A stretch of DNA of 64,000 nt from Octopus vulgaris (taxonomy: Eukaryota). The position numbers and the translations under genes are program-made. Of this stretch, positions 12,601 through 26,207 are shown piece after piece. The notes under the pieces are model-generated. The model was given only the letters and a program-made list of their open reading frames with translations. It was not told the DNA's origin and ran no database searches. Numbering within the stretch: the stretch's first letter is position 1; every line of letters starts with the position of its first letter. The stretch covers positions 164,176,001 to 164,240,000 of the forward strand of contig OX597815.1 in NCBI GenBank assembly GCA_951406725.2, given 5' to 3'.

Positions 12601-15159
12601 TATATGTCTGTAGTATTAAAATTATTGACTCGTTAGAGCGTTGCATAGATTACATTCGTTTCAGATAACGGTGCCCAGTGTTCAAATACTTCTTGCGTCA
12701 ATTTCACGTTTCATCTTTTCAGGATCGAGGAAAAAAGGACGTGTTCTCAGTACCAGTCTTGGTTGTCCTCTTTCCATTTATTTTTCTTCTGTTTTTCTAT
12801 CTCTCTTCCAAAAAGAAATCGACTGTGATTAGACTTGATGTGGAATGGGCTCCAATATTTCTAAAACAATGCCTAAGATATGCAACATGTTGTTGTTGTT
12901 GTTGTTGTTGTTAAGCAACAAGACGGGTAAGGGTGATTGGGTGATGGTCTAGGGTTTAGGGGCGGGAGACCCCAGACCTTGGGGAAAAAAACTTTGGTCG
13001 TCTTGTAGTTGAGGGCTCTTCGTTGACGCCCGACCCCACTGGGAGGTGGCCCTCGAAGTCGCTGGAAATGGAGATCTCCAGGTCCAAATTCTTGGACGGC
13101 TGCTACATGTTGTGACATCGCCCTTAGGATTCTACCAAGAGTTGAGGGTTAAAGGCAAAGCAAAATAGTATATTAGAGCCTATCTAGGCCTCAAAAACAA
13201 CGACAACAATAGCAACAATAGGTTTTGTCAGTCAAGTCACTTTAACGAACTTTGGCAGGTATTTCATTAAGATCCTGAATGATCTGACAAAGAGAGAGAT
13301 TTACTTAATTGTCCAAAGCAGGAAATAACGAACCTGCACTCATGAATGTTGCGTTACTGAGAGAAACTTGCTCTGAAATGAGATTATCTCATCAGCAAAC
13401 TATCCGCTAAATCCTCTTTGAAGTGTTGCAGAACATGATCTCTTGTTTGAGCTGAGCAGTATTTATGATCTGATTCTAATCTTATTAACACAAATGATTT
13501 GAGTTGGCTTGTCCAAATGCGTGGCTAGTGATGGGGATGATGATGACGACGATGATGATGATAATGACTGTGATGGTGGTGGTGGTTGGTGGTGGTGGTA
13601 TTGGTGGTGGTGGCGGTGGTGGTATTCATGATGATGATTGTCTTGGTCATGATTATGTTTATAGTAGGAGACACGGTCGTAGGAGTGGTTGAGAACACAG
13701 TGGCCATAGTATTGGAGGTGGTGGTGGTGGTGTGGTGGTGGTAGTGATGGTGGTGGTGTAGTGGTGGTGGTGTAGTAGTGGTGGTGGTGGTGGTACAGTG
13801 ATGATGGCATTAATTATGAATATCAAGATGTTGCTCTTGCTGCTGCTGCTGCTGCTGCTGCTGCTGACGACGATGATGATGGACGCTGGCGGGGGAGGTA
13901 CAAGCGGTGGTGTATTGACTAGTAGGAAATATATCTGTCATAGTTGTGGTGATGGTAGGTTGGTTGGTATCGGTGGTACTAGTAAAGATGACGATGGTAA
14001 AGGACGTTGATGATAACGACGACGACGACGACGGTGAATCACGATGACGTTGGTGATGATGAGACGATGAAGGAGGAGGATGAGGAGGAAACCGGTGGAG
14101 GATGAGAAGAAAACATAATTTGTATGAAAACCAGCAGTTCTTGATATTAATTTATAGCCTGTTGGAATATTTCATTCAACCTGATTCGATGGATTATTTA
14201 CAGAATTCCAGCTGGTACTTTGGTTGGCTTTTTTAGCGGGGTTTATGAATAACAAAGGAAACCAACCCCCACCTCGCTCCCCTCCCCTGAGCTTCTTCCC
14301 TTTCTTCTGTTCTTGCATTCTTTTTTTTTCTTTTTTTGTATTTTTCTTATAATTTCACTAACGCTATTTTTTTTCTCCTCGCTCTTTTACTTCTTTTCAC
14401 TGCTGCTCGTTCTCCCTTCTTTTCCATCTATTTATTTTATTTAATTATTTATTTAATTATCTCCTTTAATTTTTTTTTTTCGATTCAGAAGAAATTAAAT
14501 ATTTCTTTCCAAAGCTCTTTCAAAGTTTATTTGTAACAGTGAAAGGTACTATAATGGTTATCATGATTTCAGTAAACAGGATGGTATTACTACTACAACT
14601 ATCACTGCTACTTCTCCTCTTCCACTTCTTCCTCTTCTTCCTCCTCCTCCTCTTCCTCCGAATACTCCTACTACTACCACCACCACTACCACCACCACCA
14701 CTACTACCAACACCACCACTACCACCACTTCCACCACTTCCACCACCACCACTACTACCACAACCACTACTACTATTACTTCCACTACCACCACCACTAC
14801 TCCTACTACGACGACGAAGACTTACTACTGCTTCTACTACATATTCTACCTCCACCGTCAATTCTACAGTACACACCAGCGCCCCACCACTACTAATACT
14901 AGTACTACTACCATCGTTACTACTACTACTACTATTACTACTACCACTGTAGTACCTCTACTACTAATACTGCTGCTGCTTTGGCTGCCACTTGTAACTT
15001 CTACAATCCACCATTCAGTTCTAAGGAAGGAATTGCATAGTTGGGATTTTTAGTTAGCACTGCTAGTTAATATGAAAATGCTAGCAATAATTTCACTGTG
15101 CTCCCATATTTAAAAGGATGAGTCTTACATTGTTAGTACAATATTGATACCTATTTAAA

Positions 15160-15650
15160 AGGTGGCGAGCTGGCAGAAACGGCAGCACGCCGGGTGAAAT
15201 GCTTAGCAGTATTTCGTCTGCCGTTCCGTTCTGAGTTCAAGTTCCGCCGAGGTCGACTCTGCCTTTCATCCATTCGAGGTCGATTAAATAAGTACCAGTT
15301 ACGCACTGAGGTCGATGTAATCGACTTAATCCGTATGTCTGTCATTGTTTGTCCCCTCTGTGTTTAGCCCCTTGTGGGCAGTAATAGAAATAGGTATTTC
15401 ATCTGTCTTTACGTTCTGAGTTCAAATTCCACCGAGGTTGACTTTTCCTTTCATCCTTTTGGGGTCGATAAATTAACTACCAGTTGCGTACTGGGGCCAA
15501 TCTAATCGACCCTGTCACTTAGCGATTCGGCAAAAGAGACCGATAGAATAAGTACTATGCTTACAAACAGTAAGTCCTGGAGACGATTTGTTCGAATAAA
15601 GGTGGTGCTCCAGCATGGCTGCAGTCAAATGACTGAAATAAGCAAAAGAA
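15160..15650 (+). mobile_element. SINE family A dimer joined to a family B 3' part
   Basis: ggtggcgagctggcagaaac head and two body modules, then gaccgatagaataagtac...ccagcatggctgcagtcaaatgactgaaa. Confidence 0.75.
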
Positions 15651-16190
15651 TATATATACATATGTCTGTGTGTGTATAGATACTGGTTTCCACACAGTTT
15701 CCGTCTACCAGTCTCACTCACAAATGCACTAGCCGGTTCGGTGCTGTAGTAGTAGACACGAGCTCAAGCTAACCCATAGTAGGACTGAACTCGAAACTCT
15801 GTAATTATCAAGAGATCTTCTAACCAGACAGCCATGCCTAGTGCTATAATGAATAAAGCGTCCGAATTTGACACCCAAGCAATAAAAATTGCCGCCACTA
15901 CAACATGGTTAGCAGCACGAAGTGAAAGCAGAATGAGATCACGTTCATCTTAGTTTACAACTTTACAATTTATTTCGTTAATCCTCTCTTGAACCCTAGA
16001 TTTATAACCATCATAATAGTAGCAATCTCGTAATGCTGAGATTGACAGATTTCCAATGGTATTTAGCGTTTCACACGTTGTTACGGTATTAGATTCACTA
16101 TGTTTTCAGGGTGCCTTCGTTTTAATTACAGAATCCAAGGAAATAATATTTTATACTAATTTTCCCTTTCAAAATCGATATTATCGTAAC

Positions 16191-16447
16191 GGTGGAAGCG
16201 CTTGGCTTAGTGGTTAGGGTGTCAGCATCATGATCGTAAGATTGTGGTTTCGATTCTTGACCCGGCGACGCGTTGTGTTCTTGAGCAGAACACTTCATTT
16301 CACGTTCTCCAGTCCACTCACCTGGCAAAAATGAGTAACGCTGTGATGGACTGGCGTCCCATCCAGCTGGGGAACACATACACCATTGAAACCAGCAAAC
16401 AGGGCCCATGAGCCTGACTAGGCTTTAAAAGGGCGCGGTTATTTTAT
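16191..16447 (+). mobile_element. tRNA-derived SINE family C
   Basis: A-box tggcttagtggtt and B-box ggtttcgattc; near-TSD attatcgtaacg / attatcataacg. Confidence 0.75.
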
Positions 16448-16736
16448 TATTATCATAACGAATTGTTTCTGGGGAAGTGATGACATGTTTGACTGTTGTT
16501 TCGAGAATATTCTACTTTAAAACTATAAATTAGAATTATAATGGTAATTAAGTAAAATAGTAAGATTCAATAACACCTTTTTCGAGATCGCACGCTCGTG
16601 GAGAAAAATGTATAAGAAACACATACAGCTCTCAAACTTCCTAAGAAGACACGTCACACATACACACACACATGCATACTCACATATCTAGATTTATGCA
16701 TAAATTATGTGTGTTTGCATATATATGCGTGTAAAA

Positions 16737-16785
<49 letters not shown>

Positions 16786-16797
16786 TACATACATACA

Positions 16798-16831
<34 letters not shown>

Positions 16832-17061
16832 CATACATGTGTATGTATGTGTTTGTGCATATGTGTGTGTGTGTATAATATGTATGTATGTATGTATGTA
16901 TGTGTGTATGTATGTATGTATGTATGTACAATTCTTCAATAAGGGACAGGGAAGAATAAAAAGAAACGCAGCACATTTGTAGATATTAAATGTGTTTTGA
17001 GACAGTTTCAAAGCACTTCGATCACCGACTGGTATAGGTTTTGCATTCTTATTATTTCTAA

Positions 17062-17442
17062 CTAGAAGTATCGCCCGGCGTTGCTCGGGTTTGTAAGGGA
17101 AATAACTATATAAGCATTTATAGAGAGTTACTTCCCTTATATAAACCGAGCGAAAATGCATAAAAAATGCGGAAAAATTATGGTAATTTTTTAAAATCGT
17201 AGACGCGAGTTACTTCCCTTATATAATAGCAAAAAATGCATTAAAAATGGGAAAAAATGATGGTAAATTTTTTTTTTAAATCGTACACTCATCGTAGACG
17301 CGCGCTAATACCCAGAAGGGCTCGATATGAATCACGACTATAAGATACCCGCTTTTGGTTAAACTGCACCGCAAAATGTGGGAGTAGTTAGGAATCTAAA
17401 TCGTAGGAGACAGACACACAACTTCACTTTTATATATAAAGA
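17062..17442 (-). mobile_element. Non-autonomous Helitron
   Basis: On the minus strand: 5' TC start (a|tctttatatataaaag), 3' hairpin cccgagcaacgccggg followed by CTAG|t, inserted at an A|T site with no TSD. Confidence 0.75.
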
Positions 17443-18789
17443 TATCTCTTTAAAGATGTTAAAAAGTACATATTCCTGTTCAATGTACTCTGATGCACAT
17501 GCATACATAGATGAATATATATATATTGGCCTGCTCGCTTAGCCAGCGGGGTTGCGTCATTTGAAGGCTAAAACAATGCGAACGCATTGTGACCAGCGAT
17601 GTGTAACAACATCTGATGGTCTGGTCTGTCACGTGATCACGTGATATATATATATATATATATATACACACGGGGTATATTCTTGGTGATTAATATTATA
17701 GGGAAACTTCCATCAAAGTGTAAAGGGGATATACATTTAATTGTTTTCTGTCCATATAGCATTTTTTAATGTTTCTAGTCCTTAGTAGCTATATAATACG
17801 CTATTTCATCCTCCTTTGGAATCATCAGCACGGTATAACCTGAGACAAATAAATGAAGCTAAATTCAAAATTTTACGAACTTTCTTATAAAGAGAATATA
17901 GTTTTTAGCTTTAAAAGGCAGAAATCGTTAATTGTTCTGTAGTAGAGAAAAAAGAAAGGAATTTTTTACCTGCAAGTTAAATATTTTTAGGGCAAGTATG
18001 TCTTGCAGAAATGTTCTTTATGTAGTTATGGTTAATGTTTAGTCTACGAATAAATTCTCCCAGCTCTTTTCCGTATAATCTTTCTAGGTGCAGATATACA
18101 TTAAACACACTACACGAGAACAAAATTTTACAAATATGGTATTAGGAAAGTGTGAGTCTCTTAACGCTTCGTCTTTGAGTCCTTCATCGCAAGAAAAGAA
18201 ATCGGGAAATATAATGAGAGAGAATGATAAAACGTCAGTGAAAATACAATATACAAGAGAAGGTAGTGAAATTTTTATAGGGGAGGTTAAAGAAAGGACC
18301 AATTTAATTTTTTCTGTCTGCATAACATATATTTCTTAATGGATCTTGAAGTAGACATATGTGGAAGGACTCAGTCCGTGGAATTGTTAGATTAGTGGTA
18401 TGAAAGCGCGTAAGAATGTGAGAGCTTGTGCGGGTGTGTGAGAATAAAGGTATTGATGAATAATATATATTGGCGAGAGCAATGTGGCAGGCGTTGCTAT
18501 TGCTGTGTGTGGAAGTGTATAACAAAAATACTTTGAAATGAAAAAATTTTCTTAACAAAGGCGGAAATCTAAATTAAAATTTTAAACCGGGTGAAAAAAG
18601 CTTGAATTTTGTGATGAGTAAAAATGTTTAAAGCTTTCTGAAAACTACAGGAAAGTAGTAAAAGATCCAGGGAATTTACTAGAGAACCCAGATGATGGGA
18701 ATAAATATATAACAAAAAGGTAAAACCATAATCAACGAAGGACATTAATTAATTCAAATCAGGAATATATATATTTTTGCGTATGTATG

Positions 18790-18905
<116 letters not shown>

Positions 18906-18994
18906 CAGGGAAAATTGAGTTAAAAAAAAGACGAAGACAGGTGGTGTAGACAACAAACAGATGTATTAGTTTAACGTTCGGGAAGTGAAAAATT

Positions 18995-19030
18995 CTTTAA
19001 CGTTTCGAACCTACGCTCTTCCACAGAAAG
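18995..19030 (-). ncRNA. Minimal Penelope-type hammerhead-like motif (variant core, possibly inactive)
   Basis: Minus strand CTTT CTGTGGA A GAGC-gtag-GTTC GAA ACGT T AAAG: stem I CTTT/AAAG, stem II, palindromic ACGT stem III; A6 replaced by U. Confidence 0.5.
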
Positions 19031-19255
19031 GAACCTCTTTGTGAAACAGCTGTAGGAAGGAATTTCTATGTATGAATTTGAATGTCTTTAAATAAAAACA
19101 TCTGTACGCAAGTTTTAATTCATTTTCTTTTTTAAAATGTTTATTCAACTACCTATACGTTTCGTTGGTTAACTAATATACTTGGTTTTCTCTGAACGCT
19201 GATATAAACCGGTAAACTAGGATGCTCGCATTCGTAAAGGACTATAGTCCTTGAC

Positions 19256-19308
<53 letters not shown>

Positions 19309-19519
19309 AATGATAGAAACGGAAAATGGAATATATGAGAAACTTTATTGCTCACAATGATCATTTCAACACATCATGCATCGATCCCTCGCTAGTGGGA
19401 TGCTGTACAACTGGTTGTAGTGCATCCATCCGTGTAGACGCAGTGAACGTGCTTTATCGGCTTACTACTAGGAACAACCCTTTTGCTTCAGAATACTTTT
19501 TTTTATAAGTTGAACACAT

Positions 19520-21280
19520 TTTAAAGCCCTGTGTTTTATCTTCACTTTCTTATCACTTTCGATAAGGATTTGTAGGGATTGTTTTTGTTTTCAGTTCCCA
19601 CTTTCTGCATTTTACTATTTTCATATCAATACATTTGGATAATCTGTGCATTTCTTTTTAAAATATTTTATCGCGTGAAATCTTCATTTGGCGACAATTC
19701 CTTCCTTGGTGGATCTTGACTGCGATAACCAGCGGTTAACCTCAATATCCTTACCTCTGGGAACTGACATATTGTTTGTTGCTTTGTCATACATTGATAC
19801 CTTTTTCTTTTGCACACTTTATCTTTTGGAATTTCATAATATTCACATAGTTTGCTGTGTTCAAAAGATCAAATTTTGTTTTGCTTGAAGATATACTTTT
19901 AGTGCTGGATATCTTGAGACGAGGTAAATTGTTTTCCCACCCACCACAATCCTTAACGAACGTAGTTTGCTTCATTGCATACTTTTGTGTTGGCAGGGCT
20001 TTCTGTTGAGAAGATTTCTCTTTTGTGCTGCATTCAAGAAATATTCGGTCATAAAGTCACGTGCTTCATAATCGGTCCATCCTTTCCTATTTCCACTCTG
20101 CTAGTCTTTTCTGGCATTTGGCCATACTTTTCTTTTTCTATTTCTTTGGTATGTCATTATCTAGCCCTTATTTCAGCTTAGTGTTTGAGATTTTTCCTCA
20201 GTTTCTTATACTATTTCTCTCTTTGCCCATAACTACCTACCACTTCAGTTTTCGCATTTCTTACATTCTTGAGGGCAGAAACAATCTTATTTTTTTTGTT
20301 CATGTCAAAAATTATTTGTAATATTATTTCCTTATAACTAAATATGTTTATAATCATATAGATTGTATAATAGTTTTTTAGTTGTTTGAAGCCAATATCT
20401 CCCTTACTTGTGATAAATATAATTTTTCAATGTTTTTTTTTGTCTAGTCTAATTCATTTAGCGTACAGTAAACTATTTTAAGTGTAACTTATTAGTAAAT
20501 CAACTAGAGACAAGATGCTTATCACCTTATTCTTGCTTTTACTTCCGTTGTAAATATTTATATTATGCGACTATAACATCCTGTCCAAACATTTTCTTTC
20601 GTTTGTGTGTGTTGCACTTTATCAAGCTCATTGATTTCCAAATTTTCATTTGTATTCAGTTTATTTCTTTTATCCCTGTTTCTTTATATATCAAGGTATT
20701 CGTATTATAAATGAAGTATTCTCTCTTAAAATTTGCCCAGGTGCACTTTTCTAATCTAAATCTCATACCAATACTTCTTGTGAATTCATATACACTTTGC
20801 AGTAGTGTTTCTAGTCTTTACTGTCTGCACCGAATAATTTCCATGCACGGAAATCGACAGATTGTCCTCCTATAGCATATGTATCCGAGTTTTGTCTGGT
20901 GTAACCTGATGGCTAAAAGTGTTTGCGCCGAGCAGTAAAGAATTATAGAAGGGGTGTCCTTTTAAAAATATTCCTAATCAAATGTACGCAGATTTAGTTT
21001 TTTACAATTCCCTTTTCTCTGTATCTGCAGAATTGTTTTATATATACTCATAATGCATTTAATATATTTACATATCACAGGTACTAACTAACTTATAGGT
21101 CATGTTTACACGTTCCAAGAATGAGATGCGTCCTTCTGATAGTTAATCCATGCCGTTCTTATACTCTCCTCTCGGTAACAATCTCAGATGGTATCTTTCT
21201 TGATCAGCAAACAATCTTTCCATGCATATTAATCTTTACAACATAAGCTCTTTTGAAAATAGTTAATATTTCTCCAGATT
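19520..21280 (-). pseudogene. Highly decayed R4/Dong-like (RLE clade) non-LTR retrotransposon
   Basis: Hand-translated minus-strand remnants in the expected order: SIGMRFRLEKCTWANFKRE (cf. DIGMEFGLEKCA), YGQ, LNAAQ, then SVPRGKDI (cf. IDVSVPxDxNI). Many stops; boundaries approximate. Confidence 0.55.
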
Positions 21281-21337
21281 TGTTCCCGCGATCTCACAAT
21301 CATTAGTGCAACGCCCTAACCATCAGGTCTCCAATCA

Positions 21338-21405
<68 letters not shown>

Positions 21406-21499
21406 TAGAGACGCACTGAAGTCGATGTAATCGACTTAATCTCTTCCCTCAAATTTGAGGCCTGGTACTTCCAGTAGAAAATATCATTATTGTCATTAT

Positions 21500-21895
21500 T
21501 AAGGCGGCGAGCTGGCAGAAACGTTAGCACGCCGGGCAAAATGCCTAGTGGTATTTCGCCTGCCGTTACGTTCTGAGTTAAAATTCCGCCGAGGTCGACT
21601 TTGCCTTTCATCCTTTCGGGGTCGATTAAATAAATACCAGTTACGCACTGGGGTCCATATAATCGACTTAATCCGTTTGTCTGTCCTTGTTTGTCCCTTC
21701 TGTGTTTAGCCCCTTGTGGGTAGTAAAGAAATAGGTATTTCGTCCGTCCTTATGTTCTGAGTTCAAATTCCACCGAAGTCTACTTTTCCTTTCATCCTTT
21801 TGAGGTCGATAAAATAAGTACCAGTTGAATACTGAGTCGATGAATCGACTAACCCCCTTCCCTAAAAAATTGCTGACCTTGTGCCAAAATTTGAA
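21500..21895 (+). mobile_element. SINE family A, dimeric body
   Basis: aaggcggcgagctggcagaaacgttagcacgccggg head plus two modules. Confidence 0.8.
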
Positions 21896-22572
21896 ATCAT
21901 TATTAAATTATTGTTATTTTTGCTGTAATTATTATCATCATTATCCTCATCATTGCTATTTCCCCATTACCATTGAACTAATATGGTGTATTAATATCAA
22001 TGTTATGTATATTGTTGTTTCTGTTGCTCTTGTTGTTTGAGTCCAATCAGTTTTCGTTTGATATGATAAAACAGTTAATTTTCCGTTTCCGTATGGTTAT
22101 AGAATAAGTTGTAGAGTGCGGCCGAAATTGTCAAACGTGAGAAGAATGCCTTTTCCACTCCAAATGTTATCAACTTCAAATATCACTAAAAAGAAAAAAA
22201 CGGGTAAAGTTGCGGATAAAATTGCCGTCTTCCAGTCAAACCAATCTTATTAACGGCATATTTTCAGCAATTCACATTTCTCTTGAAGTTTTAATTTAAT
22301 ACAACCAGCGCCCACACAGTAAAAGGCAATTTGAGAATGTAGAAATATATTGGTTCCAAATTTTGACAAAAAGCTGACAATTTCGAAGAGGGGACTAGTC
22401 GATTACATTGACCCCGAAAGGATGAAAGGCAAAGTTGACGTCGGCGGAATTTGAACTCAGAACATAAAGACAGACGAAATACCGCTAAGTATTTTGTTCT
22501 ACATGGTAACGATTCTGCCAGTTTTTCGCCTTTGAGGATGTACTAATATTTTAGTTTGTCTCGATAAAATAT

Positions 22573-22918
22573 TGGAGGAGACCACCCACCTTCGGTCATG
22601 AATGACCATGGGAATGCACCGAGAAATTTACCCTCCGAGGCACAAGTCAGGGTAAGATTATTTGTGGAAGGCTAGCAGTCGCCCATGCATACCTGCCTCC
22701 CTTCTCCACACCACTGATGTTATCCAAGGGAAAGGCAAAGGCCGATGCAGCATGGCACCAGTGATGTCGCAACTCATTTCTACAGCTGAGTAAACTGGAG
22801 CAACGTGAAATAAAGTGTCTTGCTCAAGAACACAACACACAGCCCGGTCCGGGAATCGAACTCACAACCTCACAATCATAAGCTCGACGCTCTAACCACT
22901 GAGCCATGCGCCTTCACA
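22573..22918 (-). mobile_element. SINE (family C-type tRNA head) with 14-bp TSD
   Basis: tctcgataaaatat at 22559-22572 and 22919-22932; head gtgaaggcgcatggctcagtggttagagcg on the minus strand. Confidence 0.85.
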
Positions 22919-23334
22919 TCTCGATAAAATATAATATGTCATATTTGGTGTACTTTTAATCATAAATGTGCACGATCAAGGTTGACGTGCTTCTAAAAAG
23001 TCATTTATATTTTCTGTTTAGTCTTGTATATTCAAATGGGTAGGACATTCTGAAGTGTCACCTTCCTAAACGGTAACTTTTTCTCTTTTTTGGTGATGGT
23101 GTTTTACTACTACGTTGCATTTATGCAATATGGTGGCCAAATAGGTAACCCAGCAGTAAACTTCCTTACCTGTATCTATTTATGTTCTTTTACTTTCTGG
23201 TTTTGAGTCGCACCAGCGACGACCTCCTCTTTATTTATTTAATTATTTCGTATTCGAGAAAATAAGTATCACTCAAATACCGGTTTGGATATAATTGACC
23301 CAAATGTGCGAACCTATTTCTGTATCGGTCTCTA

Positions 23335-23905
23335 TTTTTGGCACAAGGACAGCAATTTCGGGGATGGAATAAATCGACTGCATCGACTCCAGTCATGTAC
23401 GAGTACTTATTTTATTGGCCCCGAAAGGATGAAAGGCAAAGTTGACCTCGGCGGAATTTGAACTCAGAACGTAACGGCAGACGAAATACCTATTTCTTTA
23501 CTACCCACAAGGGGCTAAACACAGAGGGGACAAACAAGGACAGACAAACAGATTAAGTCGATTATATCGACCCCAGTGCGTAACTGGTACTTATTTAATC
23601 GATCCCGAAAGGATGAAAAGCAAAATCGACCTCGGCGTTATTGAAACTCAGAACGTAGCGGCAGAAAAAATATCTATTTCTTTACTACCCACAAGGGGCT
23701 AAAGACAGAGGGGACAAACAAGGACAGACAAACGGATTAAGTCTATTAAATCGATCCCAGTGCATAACTGGTACTTATTTAATCGACCCCGAAAGGATGA
23801 AAGGCAAAGTCGACCTCGGCGGAATTTGAACTCAGAACGTAGCGGCAGACGAAATACTGCTAAGCATTTCACCCGGCGTGCTAACGTTTCTGCCAGCTCG
23901 CCGCA
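23335..23905 (-). mobile_element. SINE family A with three tandem 184-bp body modules
   Basis: gaaaggatgaaa at 23423, 23607 and 23791; single head ending at ~23905. Confidence 0.85.
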
Positions 23906-23997
23906 TAATATATTCCTTTATTACCGACCATTACAATTTTTTTTATGTCTGACTATTGTAGCGTTATTTTCTGATTATGTATTTTCTCTTCTTGCAG

Positions 23998-24202
23998 TAG
24001 TAGCAGTGATGCATCTATATGTCGTATTTGCCATGAAGGAGAGAGCACAGCTAAACTTATTTCGCCTTGTTATTGTACTGGATCAATGGGGAAGCTACAT
24101 GTAACATGTTTGGAACGATGGTTAGGATCTTCTTATATGAACAGGTGTGAAATTTGTGGTTACGAATACATTGTGTTACGGCAGCCAAAGCCGTTCATTG
24201 AG
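23998..24202 (+). CDS. MARCHF2/3-like: Exon encoding the RING-CH (C4HC3) domain of a MARCH2/3-like E3 ubiquitin ligase
   Basis: ttctcttcttgcag acceptor and GAG|GTAAGT donor. Hand translation SSSDASICRICHEGESTAKLISPCYCTGSMGKLHVTCLERWLGSSYMNRCEICGYEYIVLRQPKPFIE fits the MARCH2/3 RINGv pattern CRICHEG..SPC.CTG..H..CLE.WL..CE.C. Confidence 0.93.
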
Positions 24203-25767
24203 GTAAGTTGCCAATAATTTTGATACTGATTATTAATTCATTATTTACCGTCAGCGGTTTTAGGTAGCGTGAGTTGCGGGTACGATACGTTGAGTGGTAT
24301 TATGTTTGTCTCACGAACGATGACTTCTATTAGTATAGCTTATAGGACTAAACATGGAAATACAATTTTACAGAAAAATCAATAATATATGACAAATGGA
24401 CAATCTATCATCTACGTCGACCTTATCAGCGTAACTTCGGACAATTTTCTACGCTAGTTTAAGCTACATTTAATATCTTCCGAAAGCTCTTAAATTTCTT
24501 GTATAAACATTAGATTACATCTGACGGAATTTTAGTTATAGCAACATAGTATACATCAGTGCATCTTGTAAACTCTGTATTTGTTTACGTACTCCGTTCT
24601 TAACGTGAAACATATATAACAGAATCTGTATATCTTGCCATACCATAAATTTGATCATGTTCGTGCTATGTTTTTGAAAATACATCTAGAAGCGTAATTC
24701 GTAGTTCTGAAAGCTTTCACTTTGGTTATCCTCAGTATTCTGTTCTGCTGCAGTATATTTGGAATTGACTTACATATTTATTCATCCTTTAACCATGATC
24801 TACTGCTGTTTTACTTGCTTTCTTTAACGTGTGCAAGGTTTACATAACAATAAGATTCTTTGCGTGTGACACCCCTTATACGCAACGAGTCATTTCATTT
24901 TCTATTTCGTAAGACAATAACGAAGGGATTTATCCTGCTGATAGTCGGTTAGGGTATACGGCTCACGATCGTAAGAACGTGAGTTCGATTCACGGCAATG
25001 CATTGTGTTCATGAGCAAAATGCTTTATTTCGCGTTGCTTCAGCCCACTCAACTGAAAACAATGAGTTGTACCTGTAATTCATGGGCCAGCCTTGTCACA
25101 TTCTGTGTCACGCTGAATTTCCCTGAGAACTACGTTAAGAGCACGCATGTCTGTGGTGTGCTCAGCCATGCACGTTAATTCCATGAGCAGGCTGTTCCGT
25201 TGATCAGATCCGCAATGAAACTTTTTGCAGTAACGACTCATCATTCTTTTCGGTTTCCAAGATCCATCTCCAGATACTTATACACAATACGGCATCCTTT
25301 ATGTTACGAAAATATTTTGCCCGTTTCCTACTCAAGTTACAGATTTTCCTACAACTTCTAGATTTTGCGATCTACAATAATCTACAGATGATCCTTCGTA
25401 GTTCCATGGCAATATTAACACAATCAAAATCGCAAACAGCTATTAATTATGTACAAAGTAAACATACACGTTGAGCTTGAGTAGTGATTACATATGTAGT
25501 TCAGTGCCCACATGAAGCCTTTAATTCGTGATCAGTTTTTTTTTTTACTTTCTTTAAAAAATTATATCCACATTCCTCCAACTTTTTGACTGAGTATTTT
25601 ATCGAATTCTTCTTCATCAAAATGGCTTTTCTCTGGAACGTGGTCCTCATTTATGCATTATCTGGTGACCTTAAAATATTTAACAATATGCGTTAACCAC
25701 TTTTAGTATGCATAACGTCCTCTTGATGTTCTATTATATGAAAGCCTATTAGAGCTATAAATGTTAT

Positions 25768-25933
25768 TGGCGGAGGAGTGTATGTGTGGTAAGTAGCTTG
25801 CTTACCAACCACATGGTTCCAGGTTCACTCCCACTGCGTGGCACCTTGGGCAAGTGTCTTCTACTATAGCCTCGGGCCGACCAAAGCCTTGTGAGTGGAT
25901 TCGGTAGACGGAAATTGAAAGAAGCCCGTCGTA

Positions 25934-25984
<51 letters not shown>

Positions 25985-26207
25985 ATGCTTGTATGTGTAT
26001 GTCTGTGTTTGCCCACCCCTCAAATTTCGCTTGACAACCGATGCTGGTGTGCTTACATCCCCGTAACTTAGCAGTTCGGCAAAAAAGACCGATAGAATAA
26101 GTACTAGGCTTACAAAGAATAAGTCTTGGGGTCGATTTGCTCGACTAAAGGCGGTGCTCCAGCATGGCCGCGGTCAAATGACTGAAACAAGTGAAAGAGT
26201 AAAAGAG
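25768..26207 (+). mobile_element. tRNA-derived SINE family B with internal (TA)n/(TG)n
   Basis: tgtgtggtaagtagcttgcttaccaaccacatggttcc...caccttgggcaagtg...gtagacggaaa; (AAAGAGT)-like tail. Confidence 0.8.

Noticed and set aside
17785-17835. CTGATGA ttccaaaggaggat GAAA on the minus strand
   Set aside because: The core motifs are present but stem I could not be paired; at best a decayed remnant.
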